From the NCBI GenBank assembly GCA_038063455.1, contig JBBTVB010000005.1, forward strand, positions 3,482 through 67,481: 64,000 bases of DNA, read 5' to 3'. Origin of the DNA: Patescibacteria group bacterium (GTDB lineage Bacteria; Patescibacteriota; Patescibacteriia; PEXW01). How positions within the stretch are numbered: the first letter of the stretch is position 1; every line of letters begins with the position of its first letter. Made by a program: the position numbers and the translations under genes. Below the pieces are notes generated by a model. It was not told the DNA's origin and did not search any database. It worked only from the letters and a program-made list of their open reading frames with translations. This document shows positions 53,178 to 61,861 of the stretch, piece after piece.

Positions 53178-53193
53178 GTTATATTTACACTAA
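53178..53193. promoter_or_regulatory. Candidate NrtR operator, upstream of pnuC
   Basis: The reverse complement reads TTAGTGTAAATATAAC, 38-53 nt before the pnuC ATG. A near-identical box lies at 53892. Confidence 0.35.
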
Positions 53194-53210
53194 CTTAACG
53201 GTAAAAAATT

Positions 53211-53885
53211 TTACAATATATCAGCCCGCGCAATCGAACGATGCGTAAAGGCATACAGCTGTGCCGGCCGGTTTGCCTCCCCTACCCGCTTCTGTCCGGT
53301 CGGCCGTACGAGCTTGAGAGCTAGCACTTTCTTACGGAAATTCCGCTTGTCAAAACCCTTACCAATAATTACTTCGTATACCTGCTGCAGCTCCGACAAG
53401 GTAAATTCCTTCGGCAGTAGATTGAAAGCGATATTCGTGTACGCTAGTTTTGCCTGCAGGCGCTGCACGGCAATTGCTACAACCTCTGCATGGTCATATG
53501 CCATCCCTGGTAGCTTGTGTACCGGGAACCAGCGCACGCCGGCATACTCTTTCGTCGTGCGTAACTGCAGGTGATCGCTCGGTACCAGAGCAAAGTACGC
53601 CACGGATACCACCCGCCCAAAAGGATCGCGTTGCACCTTTCCAAAAGTGTAGAGTTGCTCCAAGTACACGTTACGAATGCCTGCTTTCTCAGCAAGCAAA
53701 CGGTGTGCCGCATGGTCAACAGATTCGGTCGGGAGTACTAACCCACCGGGTACTGCCCATTTGCCGGTAAAAGGTGCTTTTTGCATTTGAATGCACAGCG
53801 CGTGCAATACCCCCTCGCGGATAGTCAGGATGACGACATCCGAGGCAATAACTGCAAAAGTGTACTTCTTCGTGGGTTTTGGCAT
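53211..53885 (-). CDS. nrtR: NrtR-like regulator (Nudix domain plus C-terminal winged helix)
   Basis: Degenerate Nudix box 'PGGLVLPTESVDHAAHRLLAEKAGI' and the C-terminal 'FTLSELQQVYEVIIGKGFDKRNFRKKV'. Confidence 0.8.
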   Translation of the reverse strand: MPKPTKKYTFAVIASDVVILTIREGVLHALCIQMQKAPFTGKWAVPGGLVLPTESVDHAAHRLLAEKAGIRNVYLEQLYTFGKVQRDPFGRVVSVAYFALVPSDHLQLRTTKEYAGVRWFPVHKLPGMAYDHAEVVAIAVQRLQAKLAYTNIAFNLLPKEFTLSELQQVYEVIIGKGFDKRNFRKKVLALKLVRPTGQKRVGEANRPAQLYAFTHRSIARADIL

Positions 53886-53891
53886 AGATAC

Positions 53892-53907
53892 TTAGTGTAA
53901 TATAAAC
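53892..53907. promoter_or_regulatory. Candidate NrtR operator, upstream of nrtR
   Basis: TTAGTGTAATATAAAC, 7-22 nt before the nrtR ATG and overlapping a TTGACG-N17-TACTAT promoter region. Confidence 0.35.
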
Positions 53908-53971
53908 ACATAGTAAACCTTGTGCTTTTCTGCGTCAAGGCCAAGTTATCCACACGTGCGGTCAATAAAAA

Positions 53972-53995
53972 ACCGCCAGACCTTTCGGTCGGACG
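53972..53995 (-). terminator. Intrinsic terminator
   Basis: CCGTCCGACC-gaaa-GGTCTGGCGG followed by TTTTTTATT on the minus strand. Confidence 0.7.
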
Positions 53996-54007
53996 GTTGA
54001 TAAACGT

Positions 54008-55078
54008 TCATGCATGCGGGGAAACCTTTGCGCGCTGTGCAAATACTTCGAAAAGCTGCGTACCGAGGTCAATCGCCTCTTGGAAATCTGGGCGAAAATT
54101 TCGCCACTCTTCCGGGAAACCAGCGAAGCCACAATTCGCACCAATGAGTGACCCGCAGATTGCGGCGGTGGTGTCAGTGTCAATGCCGGAGTTCACGCAA
54201 GTAAGCAGTGCCGTGCGCCCGTCAGTTGGGTAGCTCAGGAAAATACCCAGCGCGTACGGCACGGAGTCAATCGCCAGCCAACCAGGCGCAAGTCCTTCGG
54301 CAAGTTGGTTGGGCTGCCCTAAGCGAGCTTCCACCCAACGTAGGCGCTCAAGGGTTGGCGTGTAGTCTCCCCAGTTCGATGGAGGATGGATACAGCGCCA
54401 ATCTTCTTGAAGCCAATGCAAGAACTCTCGTGCTTCTGCGTGGTTCGTAATGGGGCGCACCTGGCACCACTGCATTGCCATGGCAATTGCGTAGGCGGTG
54501 TGCAATGCATCAACGTGGCTGTGTGTTAGCCGCCAGAGCAGCTCGGTATACTTTGCCGTTGCGAACGCAGTACTCGCATCAAATGATGTGCCGAGCACTT
54601 GCTCCCGCAGGTAAATGGCCAGCGCAAGTGGCGCAACTTTCATGGCCACCCCATTCCCGGCACCCAAACCTGGCTTTGCTTCCGCTACTGTCCAGGGGTT
54701 TCGACCGCCGGGCTGGTTAGCAAAGCACCGCCGAAGTTCCTCGGTGCTCCCTTGGGTGGTTCCACCCCAACCCGCGGTCGTCTCGGCTGCAGCTTGTACA
54801 TGCCGGCGGGCCATATCCTCTTGGTTATAGCCGTCGGAGGCGATGAGTGACTCCGCTACCACCCTTGTTAGCTGCCAATCATCTGTTGACTCACCAGCTT
54901 TGAACTCTGATTGGACTTTCAGTCTTTTCTGGATGGCGTCGACAAATGTGGTAATACCCATGCCATTGGTTGCTAGCTGAATCTCTTCAGGGCTCATGGT
55001 TTCTACGGGCATGCCAAGGGCGTCGCCGATGCGGACTCCGAGCAAACTCGCTTGAACTCGCTCAAGTGAAATGTGCAC
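54008..55078 (-). CDS. ADP-ribosylglycohydrolase family protein
   Basis: 'LLGVRIGDALGMPVE' and 'GIDTDTTAAICGSLIGA'. GTG start at 55078 after GGAG; the tracked ATG at 55135 is an alternative. Confidence 0.85.
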   Translation of the reverse strand: MHISLERVQASLLGVRIGDALGMPVETMSPEEIQLATNGMGITTFVDAIQKRLKVQSEFKAGESTDDWQLTRVVAESLIASDGYNQEDMARRHVQAAAETTAGWGGTTQGSTEELRRCFANQPGGRNPWTVAEAKPGLGAGNGVAMKVAPLALAIYLREQVLGTSFDASTAFATAKYTELLWRLTHSHVDALHTAYAIAMAMQWCQVRPITNHAEAREFLHWLQEDWRCIHPPSNWGDYTPTLERLRWVEARLGQPNQLAEGLAPGWLAIDSVPYALGIFLSYPTDGRTALLTCVNSGIDTDTTAAICGSLIGANCGFAGFPEEWRNFRPDFQEAIDLGTQLFEVFAQRAKVSPHA

Positions 55079-55119
55079 TGTTTGTACTCCTCTCTCTAGT
55101 GTTTGGTATTTGTGCCAGC

Positions 55120-55148
55120 AACCTATCACAGACAATTTTTGAGGTCAA
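55120..55148 (-). promoter_or_regulatory. Candidate promoter
   Basis: On the reverse complement: TTGACC, a 17-nt spacer, then TAGGTT. Confidence 0.45.
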
Positions 55149-55181
55149 CAAAAATAGGGGTGCTGGATTTCTCCAACACCC
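55147..55181 (-). terminator. Intrinsic terminator
   Basis: GGGTGTTGGA-gaaa-TCCAGCACCC followed by CTATTTTTGTT on the minus strand. Confidence 0.65.
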
Positions 55182-55199
55182 TTCTGAAAATGCAATTTT

Positions 55200-55541
55200 C
55201 TATACGCTTTTCTCGGTAGCAGATGCCTCTGCTGCAGGTGCTTCAACAACCTTCTCGATGGTCAGCTTCCAGTCAAAAAAGGTTGCAACCACTGCCCCCG
55301 TAAGGCCGCCAAGAACTACAACGATTGGAGCAAGAACGAGCATGAGCCCAAAACCGATAGTCCCTGCCGTAGCAGTTGTGGTGTGCGTACGACCGCTTGG
55401 CTCGGTGAGGGTAATGCGACAATCATTGCCTTGTTTAACGATTTTTTTGATCTCATTGTAGAGATCATCAAAGCCTTCACGAAAAGCTTTTTTAAGATCC
55501 TCACCGGATATTTCGGTGACTTTTTCAAACTGCTGTTCCAA
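55200..55541 (-). CDS. DUF4342-like small membrane protein
   Basis: 'KKIVKQGNDCRITLTEPSGR' followed by a Gly/Val-rich hydrophobic segment. TTG start after AAGGAGG. Confidence 0.65.
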   Translation of the reverse strand: MEQQFEKVTEISGEDLKKAFREGFDDLYNEIKKIVKQGNDCRITLTEPSGRTHTTTATAGTIGFGLMLVLAPIVVVLGGLTGAVVATFFDWKLTIEKVVEAPAAEASATEKSV

Positions 55542-55614
55542 ATTGTACCTCCTTGATTACAGGTTTTATTATGTTTGTCACCCACACCCTAGCACAAACA
55601 AAACCTATGTCAAG

Positions 55615-57147
55615 CTACTGCAGCCACCACGGAGCCGCATCATTCTCTTGCTGCGTTTGGTCGATTGGCCCATATGCCCACCGCACGGTTGTGCGCCGGC
55701 GCGTGTCGGCAGGCTTGGCCGTTGCAGCGAGAATCCCGCCGGGCATGGCCGCAATGTCATAGCCGCTTTGCCACCAGGGCTCCAAAAATCTATAGGTTTT
55801 TAATTCGCTTCCTGCCAGGTCAAATACCCGAGCCACTGGCACGCCTTTAGATTCTGGGACCACCACAATTTCTGGCTCCGGTGTCGAGGTGTACACATCA
55901 GCCACCGCCACGCGTAAGCCGGCGCGGTTTTCTGGCTCCCGTGCGGAAAAGGAGCCGATTACGCTATGGTCCATACCGTTAAAAATCCTGACGTGTGGCC
56001 CGCCGCCTTGCAGCGCGGTGGTCACAATGAGCGACGGCGTGGTGGCAGTCGCAGCGTGGGCAGCGACGTCAACGCCAGTGCGGAGTGTTGTAGCGTACGC
56101 AGAAAACTGGTGAACTACATGGAAGTCCAGGCCGTCAAAAACCCGAATGTGCGGGCCACCACCCTGCAGCGGACCAGTGATAATCTCGGCTCGGCCGTCG
56201 CCCGTGAGATCTGCCGCGGTTACGTGGAATCCGCCAAGAAACGTTTTTGCATAGGCAAAAAAACGACCACGTTCCACGCCACCTAGACTAAATATCCGAA
56301 CCTCGGGTGCCCGACCCCGGCCAGAACCAACAATAATTTCGTCCGTGCCATCGCCATCCACGTCACCAGCAGTCACGTCCACCCCGCCGCGGAAACTGGT
56401 TTCAAAGGCGGAAAACTGGCCAAGCAAATGGTTGTCTTCACCAAATACCCGCACATGGGGCCCACCGCCGGGGCCTGCACCTGTGACAATTTCCCGACCC
56501 GGCGAATTCAGATCTAGCTCACCTAAAGCAATGGCGGCCCCACCGGTAAACTGTGCGTAGGGTAAGAGTTCATTGTCCAGTGCCGGCGGTGTGACCGGTT
56601 TGGAGATGCGCCGCGCAAAGGTGAGACTGTTAAACGGATTCGTCGGCTGCCGGTCTGGCGTATGCAACTCGAAGTGCAGGTGCGGGCGTGTTGATTCTGC
56701 ATTGCCCGAGTCCCCCATCCAGCCGAGTAACTGACCAGCCACCACCGGGTTACCTGAATACAAATCGGGCGCGTAGGCAAACACCCCGCGGCTGGCGCCG
56801 TCATCCGTGCCGGGTGTGTCGTTGTTCACGTGGAGGTACCAGTAGCTGTAGCCGTCGGCATCACGAATAGAAAAACCCAGGCCATTGCCCCGCTCTGGGG
56901 TTACAACCCACTCCACCACGCCATCCGCAGCGGCGACTAAAGGCAAACCTTTCGTACCCAGGATATCGTTTCCTTCATGGGTATGGCCCGCGCGCGGTGC
57001 ACCCCAATCATTGGAAAAAGATACGGAGCCGATTACCGGAAACGTGATGCGCCGTTGCAACGCCTGGGCGGGCATTGGCTGGAGCATGCTAAAAAACATT
57101 GCCCCAATGGCAATTGAGCTGATAAACGCGCGAGGAATAATTTTCAC
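55615..57147 (-). CDS. Secreted M23 (LytM) peptidase fused to FG-GAP/VCBS repeats
   Basis: 'HTHEGNDI' and 'HLHFELH' zinc ligands, then repeated 'GDVDGDGTDEI' and 'ADLTGDGRAEI' blades. Confidence 0.85.
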   Translation of the reverse strand: MKIIPRAFISSIAIGAMFFSMLQPMPAQALQRRITFPVIGSVSFSNDWGAPRAGHTHEGNDILGTKGLPLVAAADGVVEWVVTPERGNGLGFSIRDADGYSYWYLHVNNDTPGTDDGASRGVFAYAPDLYSGNPVVAGQLLGWMGDSGNAESTRPHLHFELHTPDRQPTNPFNSLTFARRISKPVTPPALDNELLPYAQFTGGAAIALGELDLNSPGREIVTGAGPGGGPHVRVFGEDNHLLGQFSAFETSFRGGVDVTAGDVDGDGTDEIIVGSGRGRAPEVRIFSLGGVERGRFFAYAKTFLGGFHVTAADLTGDGRAEIITGPLQGGGPHIRVFDGLDFHVVHQFSAYATTLRTGVDVAAHAATATTPSLIVTTALQGGGPHVRIFNGMDHSVIGSFSAREPENRAGLRVAVADVYTSTPEPEIVVVPESKGVPVARVFDLAGSELKTYRFLEPWWQSGYDIAAMPGGILAATAKPADTRRRTTVRWAYGPIDQTQQENDAAPWWLQ

Positions 57148-57223
57148 AGTTTTATTTTTACAAATGTATTGTAGCAGAAAAAATACTTTTTGTAAAGGAT
57201 TTTCATATTACCATCTATGTCTG

Positions 57224-57299
57224 CTGGCTCCCCCGGGTGGAGTCGAACCACCAGTTACTGCATTAACAGTGCAGCGTTTTGCCAATTAAACTACAGGGG
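57224..57299 (-). tRNA. tRNA-Asn (GTT), divergent AT-rich D-arm copy
   Basis: The reverse complement reads TCCCCTGTAGTTTAATTGGCAAAACGCTGCACTGTTAATGCAG...GGTTCGACTCCACCCGGGGGAGCCA. Confidence 0.85.
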
Positions 57300-57481
57300 A
57301 ATAAAAAACAACCGCCGATTGGCGTGAGCGACTGCATGCAACACAAACGCGCGCCAATGGCGATTAGGGAGTTTCTTGATTATTATTGGCGAGGCAGTGT
57401 TGCATGGCTTTCATGCTATAGGGAATGGAAAATCCTGTCAAAAAGTTTGTTCGCAAGAACGCGAGAGGTAGGAAATGAGAA

Positions 57482-57940
57482 CTAGTATTCGTCAATCACA
57501 ATCTTCTTTTGTTGCATCAGGGTAGAGAAAGCATTTGGTTTTTGCATAAGTTCTTCCATATTCCTGGGCACTACTTGCCAACTTAAGCCATACGTATCTT
57601 TGCACCAGCCGCATTGTTCGGATGTTGGGACGCTAGAAAGTTTTGACCAAAAATAATCAATTTCTGCTTGGTCTGCACAGGCAATTGCAAAAGAGACCGC
57701 TTCACTGAAACGAAACTCAGGCCCAGCATTGATGGCTATAAAACGAAGACCGTCTAGCTCAAATGCAATAGTCAGCACTTTGCCAGCTAAATCTTTCTGA
57801 AACTCAGCCAGTCCCTCTTCAGTACTTTTAGGATAATATTCTGTAGATAGTATTTTACTGTTTGGAAAAACTGAAACATAAAAGTCAACAGCCTCTTTGG
57901 CGTTCCCATTAAACCACAAATTAGGTGTAATTTTTTGCAT
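57482..57940 (-). CDS. VOC/PhnB-like protein (3-demethylubiquinone-9 3-methyltransferase domain family)
   Basis: 'ITPNLWFNGNAKEAVDFYVSVF'. Composition looks AT-richer than the surroundings. Confidence 0.85.
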   Translation of the reverse strand: MQKITPNLWFNGNAKEAVDFYVSVFPNSKILSTEYYPKSTEEGLAEFQKDLAGKVLTIAFELDGLRFIAINAGPEFRFSEAVSFAIACADQAEIDYFWSKLSSVPTSEQCGWCKDTYGLSWQVVPRNMEELMQKPNAFSTLMQQKKIVIDEY

Positions 57941-57943
57941 GAT

Positions 57944-58168
57944 CTAATTTTTAAAACGAAATATTGTCTTCTTTACTATTGAACCATCTTTCGCATACGT
58001 GACCCACTCCCCCACCTGCTTGCCATCCTTGAACGTACCAGACCGCATTTTTGTACCGTCTTTCCGAAACCACTCCCAGTAACCGTCCGGTTTACCTTTG
58101 ACTAACTTGCCCTTCGCCCACGGCGAACCGTCTTTGTGGTAGACGGTGTGGTTTGTGGATTTTGGCAT
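57944..58168 (-). CDS. MORN-repeat (YwqK-like) small protein
   Basis: Repeats 'KPDGYWEWFRKDGT' and 'KQVGEWVTYAKDGS'. Confidence 0.7.
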   Translation of the reverse strand: MPKSTNHTVYHKDGSPWAKGKLVKGKPDGYWEWFRKDGTKMRSGTFKDGKQVGEWVTYAKDGSIVKKTIFRFKN

Positions 58169-58266
58169 ATATGAATTCCTTTACGTTCAACTGATTCTAT
58201 ATGTATAACAAAACAGAGCAGCCTTCGCTACCCCGAAAGAGGAACAGCCTCGGTTTTGGCTCCGGG

Positions 58267-58389
58267 GACAGGATTCTCTCGCGAAGCGGGATCCCGCCCA
58301 CTTTGCCAAAAGTTAAAGGTGGCGGGAGAACCGTCGTAATCCTTACCGGATTACGACCCAAGTCGGTTAGCAGCCGACCATCACATGAC
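58267..58389 (-). pseudogene. tRNA-Asn-derived fragment with a structured insert of about 80 nt
   Basis: It holds a 20-nt exact copy of the tRNA 3' end (58267-58286 equals 58405-58424) and an anticodon-arm-like segment reading GCT. The T-arm 5' half and the whole 5' third are missing. Two perfect hairpins lie in between. Confidence 0.4.
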
Positions 58390-58404
58390 AATAAGCGCAG
58401 ACGT

Positions 58405-58479
58405 TGGCTCCGGGGACAGGATTCGAACCTGCGACCAATCGGTTAACAGCCGACCGCTCTACCACTGAGCTACCCCGGA
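58405..58479 (-). tRNA. tRNA-Asn (GTT)
   Basis: The reverse complement reads TCCGGGGTAGCTCAGTGGTAGAGCGGTCGGCTGTTAACCGATTGGTCGCAGGTTCGAATCCTGTCCCCGGAGCCA. Confidence 0.9.
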
Positions 58480-58542
58480 ATATTAGGGCAGCCAACGCCT
58501 GCATTTATTAATAGAAGGGACGGTACGGATTCACTAACCCCG

Positions 58543-58566
58543 GAAGAGCCAAAACCGAGGCTCTTC
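58543..58566 (-). terminator. Hairpin downstream of rpoD (no U-tract)
   Basis: GAAGAGCC-N8-GGCTCTTC. It resembles the inverted sequence at 58255-58272. Confidence 0.4.
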
Positions 58567-58605
58567 AGAAACTGCACATTACCCAAAGATGCTCACTTCT
58601 GCAAG

Positions 58606-59808
58606 TTAGTAGTCTTTCAGCTTCTTCATTACCTCATGGTCTTTGATGCGCTCCAGGGCCTTGGCTTCAATCTGCCGGATACGCTCTCGGGTAACGCCGA
58701 ACTCCTGGCCGACTTCTTCCAAAGTGTGCGCCACGCCGTCGTTGAGGCCAAAACGCATTTCCAAAATCTTCTGCTCGCGCGCGCTCAAGGTGTCCAGGAT
58801 ATCCCGCACATGGTCGCGCAGCAGCTGCATGGCCGCTGCCCGGTCTGGGCTAATAGTCTTCTGGTCTTCAATAAAGTCGCCGAGCGTGGAGTCTTCGTCG
58901 TCTTCACCCACCGAGGTTTCGAGTGAAACAGTTTCCTGCGAAATTTTGATAATGTGGTGAATCTTGTCTAAGGGCTCGCCCATTTCCGCAGCAATTTCTT
59001 CCGGCAAAGGCTCGCGACCCAAATCTTGAATCAGCTGGCGTTCAATCTGCTGGAACTTGTTAATGGTTTCTACCATGTGCACCGGGATGCGGATGGTGCG
59101 GGACTGGTCGGCCAGCGCGCGGGTAATGGCCTGGCGGATCCACCAGGTGGCGTAGGTCGAAAATTTATAGCCCTTGCGGTAGTCGAACTTTTCCACGGCG
59201 CGGAACAAGCCGATATTCCCTTCCTGAATTAAATCCAGCAACGACAAACTGCGGCCGGTAAATTTCTTGGCAATGGAAACAACCAGGCGCAGGTTAGCCT
59301 CTACTAACTTCTTTTCGGCCTCTACATCGCCAGCTTCTTTGCGCTTGGCCAGGGTAATTTCCTCGCCCGGGCGCAGCAGCGGTACTTTGCCGATCTCGCG
59401 CAAGTACATCTGGATGGAGTCGCCAGAGATATCAGACAAATCCATGCGGGTGGCATCGGCGGCTTCTTTCTCTTTTTCTTTCTTCTCTTTCTTGGTCAGC
59501 GGTGCGGCCGGTTCCAGCTCGCCCAGGATATTCGTGTTCTCCACCACGCGCAGGCCGAGCAATTCCAGCTTGGCCAAAAAGTCCTCCACTTCCTGCAGGT
59601 AGTCTTCCAGGTCGGGGAACGAATAGAGCAGCTCGCCTTCAGTAATGAAACTGCGCTGTTGGGCCTTTTTCATCATCAAGTCGGCCCCGTGTTCGGGAAA
59701 CAAAATTTTACGCCGGGTAGAGGCGACGCGCGACGCAGCTTTCTTGGTCGGCTTGGCCTTGGGCCGCTTGGTTTTGAACACTTTCTTCTTCTTTCCTGCC
59801 TTGGGCAT
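58606..59808 (-). CDS. rpoD: Primary RNA polymerase sigma factor
   Basis: Region 2 '[13 protein letters not shown]', region 4.2 '[20 protein letters not shown]' and a Lys-rich N-terminus. Starts at ATG 59808. Confidence 0.95.
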   Translation of the reverse strand: MPKAGKKKKVFKTKRPKAKPTKKAASRVASTRRKILFPEHGADLMMKKAQQRSFITEGELLYSFPDLEDYLQEVEDFLAKLELLGLRVVENTNILGELEPAAPLTKKEKKEKEKEAADATRMDLSDISGDSIQMYLREIGKVPLLRPGEEITLAKRKEAGDVEAEKKLVEANLRLVVSIAKKFTGRSLSLLDLIQEGNIGLFRAVEKFDYRKGYKFSTYATWWIRQAITRALADQSRTIRIPVHMVETINKFQQIERQLIQDLGREPLPEEIAAEMGEPLDKIHHIIKISQETVSLETSVGEDDEDSTLGDFIEDQKTISPDRAAAMQLLRDHVRDILDTLSAREQKILEMRFGLNDGVAHTLEEVGQEFGVTRERIRQIEAKALERIKDHEVMKKLKDY

Positions 59809-59874
59809 GGGGGTGGGGTTAAAAGACAACCGAAAGACCGGGACCACGGCCGGAAAGCAGTGGGCGGGTATGGT

Positions 59875-61647
59875 TCAAATTTTCCGGAGCCGCTCGGTAA
59901 GCTCCGTGAAACGCGTCGTCAGCGGCGTGAGTGCCGCAGGATCTTTCTGCGTTTCAGATTGGCGGATGGCTTGGGTAACCTGGGTGAGCTCACGGGTGAG
60001 CCAGAGGCGCGCAATTTCGCGCACCACGGCGTCCAGTTCCCGGTGGCGTTCCACCGATGTAGCGGTTGCAAGGTCCGATACCGCGAGCGCGGCAACGGCG
60101 AGAGCGTCGGCGATGGTTGGATCGCTCTGGCTGGCAGCTGTGCGCCAAGCCTCGACGCTTTGGGTGTGACCCTCACTATACTGAAGCAGGACGAATTTGT
60201 AAAGGTTCTGCCAAACCCCCGGCAGGGCATCCCCCGGCAGGTGGCCAGACACCGTGGGCATGGCGGTGGGTTCCAGCTGGAGTAGGCCGAGCAAGCGCTG
60301 GGCCAGCAGGGTGTGCCGGTCCTGCCGTGGTTCGGATGTTTCCGGGGCACTCGTGCCGACTTTTGCGGGCTCGAGTTTGCGCCGCAAGATGTGTTCATCC
60401 ACTTGCAGCCATTGCGCGAGCTTCTGCAGGTAGTGCGTCTGCTCAATGCTGTCGGCGACGGTACCCAAAATTGGCAGTAAAATTTTTGCCGCTTCTTTTT
60501 TGTGCTGCACGTTATTTTGGTCTCGCCCGTCCAAGGTGCGGCTGAAGTAGAATTCCAAAATGGGCTGCGCCTTGCCAATAGCGACGGCCCACGCGCCAGG
60601 GTCTTGTTTGATGCACTCGTCCGGATCTTTCCCAAACGGCAAGCTAATGACTTTTACATCCAAACCTTCCCGCCAGGCCACGGCAATCCCCCGCTTAGCC
60701 GCCGTCTCCCCGGCCGGGTCCATATCAAAGGCCAGCGCAATTGTCGGTGCGTAACGCTTGATGAGCAGCACCTGACCGTCGGTGAGTGCGGTTCCCGAAG
60801 ACGCGACGACATTCGTAATGCCGGCCTGGTGGCTGGCGACGCAATCCATGTAGCCTTCCACCACCACGGCAACTTTTTGCTTGCGAATCTCCGGCTTGGC
60901 CATATCGAGCCCGTAGAGCACGGCACTCTTGTTGTACACCAATGTCTGCGGGGTGTTGATGTACTTGGCCGGCTCGTTGGGATCCATGGCCCGGCCGCCG
61001 AAACCCACGACGGCGCCGTGTGCGTCACGGATGGGGAACATGATGCGGTTGCGGAAGCGGTCATAGGTGCCCTGGCCTTTGTCGCGGCGGATAGCCAAAC
61101 CGGATTCAACCAACCGTGCTTCGGTAATGCCGCGTTTGGTGAGTGCCTGAATACAGGCATCCCAAGAATCGGGTGCGTAGCCAATGGCAAACTGGTCAAT
61201 GGTCTGGTCGGTGAACTTGCGCTGCAGCGTCAGGTAGTCCCGCGCGCCACCGGCAAACTTGGATTTGCGAAAGTACTCATGGTAGTACGACGCGGCGAGC
61301 GCGAGTGCTTCCAAAATTACCGTGCGCTCGGTGGTGAGTTTCGGGTCGTACGTCGGCAGCTGGACGTTCGCCTTTTTGGCCAGCAAGCGCAAGGCTTCGG
61401 GGAATTCCAGGCCTTCCATTTTTTGCACGAAGGTAAAAATGTCGCCGCCTTCGCCGCAGCCAAAACAGTGGAAAATTTGCCGGTCGCGCGAGACCATGAA
61501 GCTCGGCGTCTTCTCGTTATGGAACGGGCAGCGCGCGCGCAGGCGTTCGGGACCGCTGGGTTTCAGCGGCACGTACTCCCCCACTACCTCGGCAATATCC
61601 AGGCGGGATTTTATCTCTTCGATTGGCGCGGGGCTAAAACTTGGCAT
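59875..61647 (-). CDS. dnaG: DNA primase
   Basis: Zinc ribbon 'CPFHNEKTPSFMV...HCFGCGEGGD' and Toprim 'VVVEGYMD'. Confidence 0.95.
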   Translation of the reverse strand: MPSFSPAPIEEIKSRLDIAEVVGEYVPLKPSGPERLRARCPFHNEKTPSFMVSRDRQIFHCFGCGEGGDIFTFVQKMEGLEFPEALRLLAKKANVQLPTYDPKLTTERTVILEALALAASYYHEYFRKSKFAGGARDYLTLQRKFTDQTIDQFAIGYAPDSWDACIQALTKRGITEARLVESGLAIRRDKGQGTYDRFRNRIMFPIRDAHGAVVGFGGRAMDPNEPAKYINTPQTLVYNKSAVLYGLDMAKPEIRKQKVAVVVEGYMDCVASHQAGITNVVASSGTALTDGQVLLIKRYAPTIALAFDMDPAGETAAKRGIAVAWREGLDVKVISLPFGKDPDECIKQDPGAWAVAIGKAQPILEFYFSRTLDGRDQNNVQHKKEAAKILLPILGTVADSIEQTHYLQKLAQWLQVDEHILRRKLEPAKVGTSAPETSEPRQDRHTLLAQRLLGLLQLEPTAMPTVSGHLPGDALPGVWQNLYKFVLLQYSEGHTQSVEAWRTAASQSDPTIADALAVAALAVSDLATATSVERHRELDAVVREIARLWLTRELTQVTQAIRQSETQKDPAALTPLTTRFTELTERLRKI

Positions 61648-61765
61648 AGGGAAAGCCGCCCACAGAAAACGGGCGGTTGGTTAGGTTGGAACTCTGGCTC
61701 ATGGGTGGGACGGTTATTTGCGGAGGGCTCGTTGCCCCTAGAGTGCCGGAAACGAGATGAAAGGT

Positions 61766-61793
61766 CAAGCACAGGTCTCTGTGCCTGCGCTGG
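61766..61793. repeat. REP-like element, copy 5
   Basis: tcAAGCACAGGtctctgtgCCTGCGCTGG, adjacent to a terminator. Confidence 0.5.
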
Positions 61794-61801
61794 GAAAAAA
61801 T

Positions 61802-61833
61802 ATCGAGCGCACCCACGGAGAGGTGCGCTCGAT
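61802..61833 (-). terminator. Intrinsic terminator
   Basis: ATCGAGCGCACC-N8-GGTGCGCTCGAT followed by ATTTTTT on the minus strand. Confidence 0.7.
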
Positions 61834-61861
61834 TCTTAAACTTTATAGTCTAGGACTTCCC

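Noticed and set aside
1302-55148. Recurring TAGG(C/T)T -10 hexamers as evidence for an alternative sigma factor
   Set aside because: Other promoters here use TATACT, TATAGT, TACAGT, TAGATT and TAAGGT. All fit the generic TAnnnT housekeeping pattern with TTGACx at 16-17 nt. Only the extended TAGGCTKTAGGCAAAG block is retained as a finding.
58200-58404. SRP RNA, RNase P RNA or tmRNA in the structured region next to tRNA-Asn
   Set aside because: The region lacks the GGAAGCAGCC-type SRP domain IV, the GAGGAAAGUCC RNase P CR-I and a tmRNA 5' acceptor or tag ORF. Its similarity is to the neighbouring tRNA itself.
57224-58479. An intact integrative element at tRNA-Asn
   Set aside because: No integrase, recombinase, excisionase or phage genes lie in or next to the islet. 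Only a 20-nt direct repeat and a composition shift remain, so it is reported as a remnant rather than a mobile element.
60502-61839. A 445-aa plus-strand ORF opposite dnaG (and 59645..60285 opposite the dnaG 3' end)
   Set aside because: This is a shadow ORF of a well-supported primase gene. It is Gly/Arg/Ala/Val-rich with no motifs and no translation signals.
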